Shown: in pieces, positions 54,481-64,000 of the stretch | Layout of the letters: each line of letters begins with the position of its first letter | Numbering within the stretch: the first letter of the stretch is position 1 | NCBI RefSeq assembly: GCF_036321535.1 | Contig: NC_087437.1 | Location: forward strand, 72,976,001 to 73,040,000 | From: Camelus dromedarius | Taxonomy: Eukaryota | Direction of reading: 5' to 3' | Length of the DNA: 64,000 bases | Position numbers and translations under genes: made by a program | Notes under the pieces: generated by a model | Seen by the model: only the letters and a program-made list of their open reading frames with translations | What the model was told of the DNA's origin: nothing | Databases searched by the model: none

Positions 54481-55489
54481 CTTCGGTAAGGTTTCAAGTC
54501 CCATCACTATGTCTCAGATATCAAGGTCTCTACTCAAGTATATTTGCTCTGTTGGACTTTGTTACATCTTCCTGGCTGTAGCATGCAGCTTGGTAGTTAT
54601 CACAGAATCCAGAAAAAAGCCTCTTTGCAAGAGCTGAGAAATAAAATGCTCTGTTTCCACCATTTCACCATGTGTTTCTGGCTGGAACCTCAGCCCATTT
54701 CTGCCAGTTAATGTCTTTTCCTCCCATGGTGGTAACTTTCACTCGGCATTTCAGCTGTCTCTGCTGGACACTTGAGCTTTAGCTGGTTGGCACGGCTGTG
54801 ACTGCTGTTGCCACAAACTCGGGCTATGTATGTCCACCCTCAGAGAAGTTTCTCCTCTGCTCAGAGCCCCTAAGACAAGGCTCTTTTCACTGTCACTGGC
54901 CATGATTAGTTTTTAAATTTTCTTTCCAGCTTCTGATCGTGATCACTTTCTTTCCTCTTTTCATTTCCTAGTCATTTTTTCTGCACACTCTCTTGGCCAT
55001 CCCACTCCAAGGGCTCATTATCTCTACTTTTCTTTGTTATCTGACAACAACATTTGGAATATACTACCTGGGCATTAAAAAAAATCAGTATTTACTTAAG
55101 TGCACATAAAACAGCTCTTGTCTATAGTAAAAGGAGATACCAAAGCAATTAGATATCATGATATAATGGAGACTGATCACACTCTGGACTGGAAATCAGA
55201 GAGCTGGGTCATCATTTTGGCTCTATCACTGCTAATTACGTAACCTTGGGTAAGTCAACGTTACAGAGTTTCTAACTCTTTATTTGTAATATGAATTCTA
55301 ATGCCCATCATGATCAAATATTTTATGATTTAAAGACCTACACCGTAAAGTTAATTTGGTCAAGCCAACCATATGTTCATCAGTCAAAACAAAACTTAGG
55401 CTGAATCAAGGGAAAGACTATTTTGATTAGGTTAAGTTTGATTTTATCTCTCACCCTAGGCCTAAAATATGCCTGCCTTGGGACTTATG

Positions 55490-55892
55490 TGTATAGATTA
55501 CTTTTGCTACAATAATGCTATGTAACAATCACACAATTTCAGTAGCATATAACAATATTTAATAATGCACATTTGAGTTGCATTGGTTGGTTGCATTGGA
55601 AGTTGGTTGGTCTAAACTGGGCCTGGCTTGAGTGGTTCTGCTCTGATCCATGATTCTCTCATCTTCTTCTTGGAGCTAACAGGCTAGCCTGAAAATGTTC
55701 TTCTTATGGTAATGACAGTGAACAAGAGAGTGAGTCCAACCATACAAGTGCCTTCCAAGTCTTGGGTTAGTCATGTTCATGATATTCCACTGTCCAAAGG
55801 AAATCATATGGCCAATTTCAAAGTCAAGGAGTACTTATGATACAGGTAGGTAAAGAAGTGAATACTTCTGAACAACAATGTTATCTAACACA
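55490..55892. mobile_element. Old MaLR (MLT1) LTR
   Basis: ttacttttgctacaataatgctatgtaacaa...attccactgtccaaaggaaatcatatggccaa; subfamily uncertain. Confidence 0.55.
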
Positions 55893-56521
55893 CTGTGCTT
55901 TGGAAATGATTGATGAAAATGCTTATGTACTATTTCTTTCAGTGAAAATGAAGCCAATGATGAAGACATGTAGAAACCTTAGGGATTAGAGTCCAGTGTT
56001 GCTACTCCTGCGGGAAAGAACTAAACCCATTTCTAGTGAGAGGAGCGGCTGGTTTGAAACAGGCTCTAAGAACTTATTTGCACACAATTTTAAGGTGCAG
56101 GTGAAAGCATCATATTAGTCAAATGAAGGAGGTTAAGATCATAGCACTGCCTAAAAAATATCTAGAGTCCTTCTATGTTGCAGAAGATTCCTCTGAACCA
56201 CTGAATGAGTATCCCTCCATGAAGGAGCAACTGTTCACTCTACTCAAGTTGGAGATGGATTTGCAAATGTGAACCAGATCTTACTTATAAAACCCAAGGA
56301 GGGTACTTCAAAGAGGAGGTTAAGACAAAAACATTGTAAGACACTCGTCATGTGATAGACTGAAAGATTATATGACTTGTACTGTACACCGTCTATCCCT
56401 TTACTAAAATAATCCAATTCTGCCACTTTCTACCCCAATACTTCTACCTGTATTCATGTCACCTAAGGAAACAGCAAAATAAAACCACAATGACCTTTCC
56501 ATAAATTACTGATGATTAAGG

Positions 56522-56527
56522 TTTATT
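56522..56527 (-). terminator. Candidate CD96 polyadenylation signal
   Basis: AATAAA on the minus strand, TGTA about 15 nt upstream, and a GU/U-rich tract (tgtggttttattttgctgtttcc) about 30 nt downstream; implies a 3' UTR of about 2 kb. Confidence 0.5.
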
Positions 56528-56594
56528 AAATAAAAATAACTATACATGAAGCAATAGTCATACATATAGAAGTTAGTCTTATTTCTTTCTTGAG

Positions 56595-56895
56595 AACGAA
56601 TGAGAAACTGAGGGTCCCCGCCAAAAGATCAACTGAGGATGCAGTTATCTGAAGACTTGAGTTGGGGCAGGAGGATATATTTCCAAGATGGCTCACTCAA
56701 AAGCCTGGCTTCGTTCCTTGGCAGGTGGACCTCTTGGTAGGGCTGCTTGTGTGCCCTCACAGCATGGTGACTGGCTCCCTCCAGAGCAGGTGATCAAAGA
56801 GAGATCAAGGAAGAAGCTACAAAGTATTTTGTGACATAGCCTTGGAAGTCACACTCTGGTCATTTCTGCAGTACCTTCTTGGTTATACCAGGCCT
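56595..56895. mobile_element. Old MaLR (MLT1) LTR fragment in the putative CD96 3' UTR
   Basis: ttccaagatggctcactc...cctcacagcatggtgactggctccctccagagcaggtgatc...gccttggaagtcacac. Confidence 0.6.
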
Positions 56896-58515
56896 GGGGT
56901 TGGTACTCACTCACAAGATTGTGCAAGTGCATGACTCTGAGTGTGAATTTCTCCTTAAATTTTATAGCCTAGGTCCTTTGCTTGCCTTATCTTAGTACTG
57001 TCCAGCCATAGAAGCCAGCTGTATCAAGTGTCAGAGAGGACCACATAAGAGGCAAGAGTCCTGGGCGACATCTTGGATCACAAGAGTTAAGCACTCAGCC
57101 AAGATTCTGACTAGTGAGAAGGGACTGCCACTGGTTTGGCAGTTCTCAACCTTGGCTGAAAACGTGAATCATCTAGGATGCTGGTATTCGTGGGCTTCAC
57201 TCCACAGAGATTCCGATCTAATTGATAGGGGTTGGGATGGCCATGATGTTTCAAAAAAATAACAACTCTGCAAGTCATTCTCATGTGCAGCCAGGAGTAA
57301 GTACACTGCAAATGAGCTAAAGGCTCCTATTGAGACTGAAATCCACACAGAATGTGCCTGTCATATCTAACAGCAAGACCTGTTCTTCTCTCCTAGGGCA
57401 GTGGGATGTGGGGAGGTTTAGAGCAACAAGGGGTATCAGTAATTTATTCACTCATTATTGTTGCCAGAAACAGAGCAGGTCAGGTTGACGAGATTTCTTC
57501 TCCATCACCTATATGTTCTGTTTGAACTGTTCTATAAAAAATGGGTGGGAGTAGGGTTAATTCATCAATGCTAGTCTGATTTGAGGTGCTTTATTTCAGG
57601 ATCTGTTTCAGGACAGACCAAAACAGGCAGATTGGATGAACAGCAAAGTCCCAAAGGAAAAGGAGAATGATGGGAATTTGATGAGTTGGACTGGGTTTAG
57701 ACTGCCTGTTTACTTACATAACACGTTTGCCAATAGTCTGATGCACGCACACACACACACACACACACTCAGAGGTAAAGCTGAGGATGAGACCACTCAG
57801 CTCATATAATTCTAGAGGCCAGCAAAGTGTTAGATCTACTAGGCTACGTGGCTGTGGTTGTCAGCTAGTCGTCCTGCTGCTCCCTCCCCCTTCCATGAGC
57901 ACGACGGGAGGCGGGGTGAAGGAGGATTGGAACCGGGGTCCTTGTGCACGGTATTCTCTTCTCCTCCAGGGAAGATAAAGAACTGAATTTCAGTTCAAAG
58001 ACTAATTGCACATTCCCATTTTTCAGAACTCTTGTTACAACTTTCACATTTTCCTCTTGTCATTTTCCTAGGGAACGTGACAAACAGAGATTATCATAGT
58101 ATTGGCAAATTGTTCAGAATGTTGGCAGATGCCCAAAGAGAGGAGGATCTGGTAAGGACATATGCTGGAAACCATTGTCATCACCTCAATCAGAGAACTG
58201 AAAGTGAAAAATAAAAAAACACTGCAAGTATTTTTTTGACGACAATAACCTAATTGACACTTCTTACATAAGCAAGAAAATCCCTGCAGGTGGCACCGGG
58301 TGTCGGCAGGACATAACTGCTCACTCTTGTTTAAATTTCGGGCACAGGCTGATGAAAGAGGGTGAGTTGCTGGGAAGACAAGTCATTCACTTCTGACATC
58401 TGTTTCAGCTGCAGCAGAGGCTTGGCTGGAGGGCGATTATACTAACAAAGCACGGTATCTACCTTTCCCATAGGATTCCAGCAGAGTGCGGCCTGCGTGG
58501 CGAAGTCTCAGAGGA

Positions 58516-58624
58516 CTAGAGTGTCTCCATCTCATGACAAGGCAGATCACTTCCGATGGACTCCTGAATGCAAGTGTACTTGATGGGAGGTGGAGGGGGC
58601 TTGAAAGGCGGGGGTCTTTCCATG
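58516..58624 (-). CDS. CD96: CD96 last coding exon (cytoplasmic tail)
   Basis: ttcctag|C; (I)MERPPPFKPPPPPIKYTCIQESIGSDLPCHEMETL*, TAG at 58518-58516; proline-rich motif and ITIM-like IKYTCI. Confidence 0.95.
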
Positions 58625-59633
58625 CTAGGAACAAAACATCACTCATTCAAGGTGATATATGTATGTATACGTTTTAAAAATAGGAAACATCGAAAGGGAA
58701 AACATGCTCCACTGAAGAGAAAGGGAAAACAGCATGCTTTCTTGGTTCCCTCAAAAATTCTCCTGGCATAGCCTCCTTGTTAGTTGTGTTATGATAACAC
58801 CATTAATTAATATTTGTGCGGTATTTTACAGTTTGCAAGGCATTTTTACCATAGCATTATTTATTTTATGTTTAGGAACTGAATATTATTGTCACCATCC
58901 CACAGATAAAACTGAGGCTCAGAAGTTTCAAGCAACTTGCTCAAGAGAACCAGACCAGCAATTCTTTTAACTTTCAGCTTTTAACCAGAACCTACACTCT
59001 CTATGGCAACTGCCTCCTAATAGAAGTGTTTCTGTTATGTAGGTTAAAACATTCCTCCAGAGACAAAATTTTATAATTCTCAGACCAAAGACTGAAGTTT
59101 TTCAAATAGCCCCTTCACCAACCCTACCCCCGGCCCTCACCCACACACACACTGTGTACTGGGGGGAAGGATGGAGTAGGGGATAAAGCTCTCCTGAATC
59201 CCCGAGTTGATTAGCACTGGATGGATCATGCCCAATCCCTTCTGTTTGTATCAGTGAACATTCTTGAAGTCACCTTTGTATTGTTTAAAGTGCTGTTCTG
59301 TGTTAGCACAACTCATCTCTTTGTCTAAAATGATTCAAGCATACGAGCGTGAGCTTAGCTGTATAAATGCTCCAGCTGTGCTGATATCAGGAAATAGAAG
59401 TCTGTGAACAGATTTATGTCCATGACTCAAACACCTCTACACCTTGTCTATCAACCCATATCACCATAATTTCTCCAGAGAGATACAGATTGTTTCTCAT
59501 CTCTATATACCACAGACATTTGAATAGAGAAAAATACAAAAAATCAATTCAGATTTTCAGATTCCCATTTTCTTATTTTAGTATAAAAATCCACAATGCC
59601 TATTCCCTGATTTTCTAATGCTGTAATGGGGAC

Positions 59634-59664
59634 TATATCTATCTATCCATCTATCCATCTATCC

Positions 59665-59716
<52 letters not shown>
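59634..59716 (+). repeat. Compound (TCTA/TCCA)n tetranucleotide microsatellite in the last CD96 intron
   Basis: Read directly from the sequence. Confidence 0.95.
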
Positions 59717-60636
59717 CAAAAGGTGGATAAAACTTAAGAAATTTGCACTTCCATTTTTTCAGGAAAATTAAGAACTTCTCAAGGTCACAGGTGGTCAGAG
59801 ACTTGTACTTGGACAGGAATCCAGAATTTATGACCGCTGATTTGGTGCTTTATTCACCACAAAACACTTTCCTGCGTGTGGCTGTAGGGTCTTGGAGGAT
59901 ACACTGAGAAAGTAGAAGAAGGTATTGCACACAGTCAGTGTTCTCTTAGACAGCAGTAGGAAAATGCACAGAAGACCAGCTCTCTGTATTATGAGGCTCT
60001 TTTCTAAGCACGGCCTAATCTAGGCTGATCCAAAATAGCCAAGTCAGAAAAGTGAGGCTTAGCCTTACATGTTATTTCAGACTGCTGAATGGAGGGAGAA
60101 GGGCTTTGGAAAATATTTCAGTAAGACAAAAATGGGGTAACCTACTGCTTACTTTCTTTTCCCCTGGGGAAAAAAGGAAAAGGGCAGTAAAAGCCCATTC
60201 TGCTGAAAAGCAGCTGGAAATTTCTTAAAATTACCTTTGTCACTCAATTTCACACTTGAGTATCTAGGCCCAGCTGGGCCCTGGCAGTTCAGAGGTGCAT
60301 GAAAATGAAAAAAATAATGAAGATTAAAAAAAAAAAAAAAGATCAGTTTCAGTTTTGAGGTGAGGTGAGGCTCAGTTCTCATTTCATGCCCACTGACCTA
60401 TTCCATCCAATGAGTGTTCTAGCCTGAACAGGTAGAGGGGGACCAAGTCAGAAGCTGCACATCTAATTCCAACTGTGTGGTGCTGGGGAGGCTAGGCAGC
60501 CTTTCTGAGCTTCCCTGAGCCTTACTTCCTCAGTTAAATCTGAGAGAAACTCCATATAGAGATGATACTTACGTGCTGGGTGAATATTCTGTACGGAAAA
60601 TGTATCTATTCCTGCATATCTTAGTATTGTACTCAC

Positions 60637-60760
60637 ATTTCTTTTTGGTACTGACACCATTTCCTCACTCCAAGACCAAACAACACCAGGCAGGAAAAGA
60701 GCAAAGCTGCTACGATCACTGGCCAAGACATTCCATCTTTGGGCTTATTAACCACAATAC
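60637..60760 (-). CDS. CD96: CD96 transmembrane exon
   Basis: ctgtcag|GT...AT|gtgagt; GIVVNKPKDGMSWPVIVAALLFSCLVLFGLGVRKWCQYQKE, a hydrophobic helix followed by basic residues; 124 nt. Confidence 0.95.
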
Positions 60761-61839
60761 CTGACAGGGCATAAAGAGAGACGAACCTTAAGACCAAACT
60801 TGGGCAACTGGAAAGTAGGATGAATTATCTTGCTCACCTGAAATAGGCTGTATCGAAAGGCCATGGAGTACTCATTGGTCACAATCATGCTCTGGGATCA
60901 CATCTATGCCTTGTTCTCATTTCTGTTTTTGCATTTATACAGTTGCTTTTTTTTTTTTTTTAACATGAATGTCTGTCTTGTTAAAATGTTCCAGAACTGA
61001 TTTTCTTTTCCCAAGGATCTGGACAATTCCTGGCACATGGTGTCCAATGCAATGTTATTTGTAAGAATGAACAAAGAAAACTGACAATCTGCAAATTTGT
61101 TTTCCAAGTTTACTTCAGCAAAGAAAACCTTATATGTGAAATACTGGTCTAGCTTTGGATTTTCTTATTCTTTAAGGAGTCATTAAATGCTTTATGGAAT
61201 ATTAGTGTGTTAAGGAAGAGGAAGAAGCATTATGACATTGAAAATGCTGAGAGTCCAAAGTCAAGAAGGCCTGGCTAATACCTGTGGAGCTGTTGTGCTC
61301 AAAAGCCTATCATCCAAGACTTTCCATTTGGATGACACTCAAGGAATGATCTCCAGGGTAGCAATTTTCTAATCCTTTTCTATAGCCTTCCTTCTTTTTC
61401 TTTTTTTCTCTCCTATCTGTTTCAGCAATAGAAAGGGGAGAATTGACAAAAGGGGTAAAACTGAAACCAGCTGCTCTTCCTCCTTCTATGGTCTGAAAAG
61501 AGAGGAAGTTGAAAGTAGAGGGCTGGCGAAAATTCCACTGGCGGGTGATTAACAGACTGATCTTTCTCATCCATGCTGACTGTACACATATTCAACTCAT
61601 TCATTCCCTTTCTGGCGTTTGAACACCAAGTCAAATGGTATGAATCAAAGACTTCCAAATACTGTGGATTCTAGACCAGAGGCAATATAAATACAATATT
61701 CTAGACTGTTTCATGTTTTCTCTACCATAAAGGGAGAATTCTTTTTGGAAATAAGATTGTTGGGTTCTGCCTGGCAGAGAATAAAAGGGAATGTTCATAA
61801 TTATATGGTTACTTAATTTTTCCCTTTTTAAAAAGTATT

Positions 61840-62275
61840 TTATGGTCATGTTAAAAATTCAAACAGTACAGAAATATAAAATACAACGAAAAAGAAGTGT
61901 CCTTACGACTTCAGGGGCCAGCTACCTGCACTGGAGGCAATAACTTTGAATAGTTAATTATGTATCCTATCAGAAATTTTTAATGCATATGTAAGCAAAT
62001 GTATGTATTGTGAACATATATCCCTTTTATTACAAATGGGGGCATACTATACATACTGTTCTGTTCCTAGCTTCTTTCTCTTAAGAAACATTCTTGGAAT
62101 ATTTTTCACAGATGTGCACAGAGGTTTACCTCATTCGATTAAATGACTGGGTTGTTGCCCAATGTATGGATCTGTCATAGTTTATTTAATTGATTTCTCA
62201 ATGTTATATAGTTAAATTGTTTCAAGGCTTTTGTTTTTTCTAACAACACTCCAGTGAAATTCCTTATACATTATA
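61840..62275 (-). mobile_element. Ancient L1ME-like fragment
   Basis: aaaattcaaacagtacagaaa...acaaatgggggcatactatacatactgttctg. Confidence 0.55.
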
Positions 62276-63729
62276 GATAGATCTTTAGCTCTTTAGATTA
62301 CATAGATCATTTGGGCAAAAAGTGCACTTTTGTATTAGAATTATCTGGATTGCTTTTCTTTCATTGTTTCAGCTAGATTATAAACTGTCCATAGGTGGAG
62401 ACTAGTTTTTTAATTTCTTTGTTTGCCTCAGATTTATTACACTGCTTTTCCTAAAGGAAAGTCTCAAAAAATACAGGCCAAAAAACTGGATTTAAAGTAT
62501 TAGTTTAGCAAATCTTTTCTATCTTTTTACATAGTTTGGACGGCCGCCACATGATGTTGTTACGTTAACACTGGTTATCAGTGCTGAAGATTTTCCCTTT
62601 TACAACACATATCCAGGGATTCCAGGTCTTCCTCATGCTCTCCCGGCTTCAGCCCTGTCAAAGCAGACACGGAGGGTCCCCTGGAAGCCCACATAGTCCT
62701 ATAATACATAACCATGTATCACTGTATGTAAAGCTGGCTAGAGCCCTCGCAGTGGTTCGAAGCGCTGGATTATTGTGATCACAAAAGAAGCAATGATGCA
62801 GATGGTCAGCTTAGTAAAAACTGACCGGGCCCTATGCTAGTAATATGGCAGGATGTAACATTTTACCTCCAAAGTTTTAGAGAAATGAAAGAACAAAAGA
62901 TTTTAAATAGGTCTTACATCAATGCTTACAAATTTTCTCCCAATCAAATATAGAAAATTAGACCACTGACTTCAGGAATGTCTCAGTGGAGAAGTGGTCT
63001 TGCCCCATCTCTAACCTAGGTAGTTCTTTAAAGCACCAATATCTTAAAGACATTGGTAGGACCTCAGTTTGCCATTCTATTGCCATGTTGTGTGCAGGGT
63101 GATACAGTGATCTGGGGACTGTATGACTTTTGATATGAAATAGACTAAGTACCTAGGTGGAGAGTTCACAATTAAGGAAATACTTCCTAAAGTGAAATAG
63201 TCGACTATGCCTCTGAATTTACAATCAAGATCTGCTTTGGGAGGGTCCTAACTTTACTGAATACCTTGATCTCTTATGATACACAACAAGAGATTTCATT
63301 TAGCATGGATAAAATTTTACTAGTTGAATTATAGGAATCCTTTGTTCCAACAATTAATTGCTTTCTTGCTTCAGATTTTATTTCATAGGACTAAAATGTT
63401 TCTCATTACTTTTCATCTGGCTAATTCTTATTCACTTTTCAGATTTTAATTTGATTATATTCTGAGTCATTTCCTGTTCCCCAGTTAAAATCAGATCTTT
63501 CTGTTAGACTCTGACACCTTGTGCCATATTATAAGATCTGTCACAAATAAATTTAATTGCATGATGATTTATTTACTCTGTGTCATTTATAATAAATTAA
63601 AATCTTCAGGAGGCCGGTATTTTCAATGTACACCTAACACCTGGCACAGTGCCTGACAAATGGTAAGTATTCAATAAATATTTATTGAATGAATAAAACA
63701 TAAAATAAAAAAAATGATAAATGACTCAC

Positions 63730-63819
63730 CAGTGATATGGATGTCATTATTTTTAGTAGACCCATTGGCAGTTGTGGGAACTTCTGAAAATGCTCTGGTT
63801 GTACTGTTGAAGACATCAC
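63730..63819 (-). CDS. CD96: CD96 stalk exon (third from last coding exon)
   Basis: ccctag|GT...ACTG|gtgagt; DVFNSTTRAFSEVPTTANGSTKNNDIHIT, Ser/Thr-rich and resembling the human CD96 stalk as I recall it; 90 nt, phase 1-1. Confidence 0.92.
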
Positions 63820-64000
63820 CTAGGGATATAAAGGGATATCTGAACTGATCGTAATGGCCATCTCAACTTCAAGAGGTATAAAATCATGACTGGATTTCAC
63901 TTGCCATTAGAAGAGCTCAGTTTGAATGGCCTAAAGCTCTTAAAATACTATGTGTAAAGTTCACTAAGGACCAGTTTACACAAGGCTAGTATCCAAGGAT

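Overview
Mammalian genomic DNA, probably camelid judging by Vic-type tRNA-derived SINEs and the L1 3' ends. Both genes read on the minus strand. (1) A complete four-exon PLCXD2 CDS (41855-41693, 13510-13050, 7927-7686, 1605-1446; 1026 nt, 341 aa; all introns GT-AG with consistent phases) with a CpG-island/CCAAT promoter at about 42.2-42.65 kb. (2) The last three coding exons of CD96 (63819-63730, 60760-60637, 58624-58516) and its 3' UTR, matching the CD96-PLCXD2 order I recall for human. The rest is intron or intergenic DNA rich in MIR, L2, L1, MaLR/ERV LTR, hAT and SINE relics plus microsatellites. Almost all ORFs in the supplied track are chance ORFs. I found no convincing new biological system. 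The best leads are a CD96 tail lacking YxxM, a possible myristoylated short PLCXD2 isoform from Met13, a uORF-rich PLCXD2 leader, and several retrotransposition scars with target-site duplications. Gene and repeat names come from recognition, not database searches.
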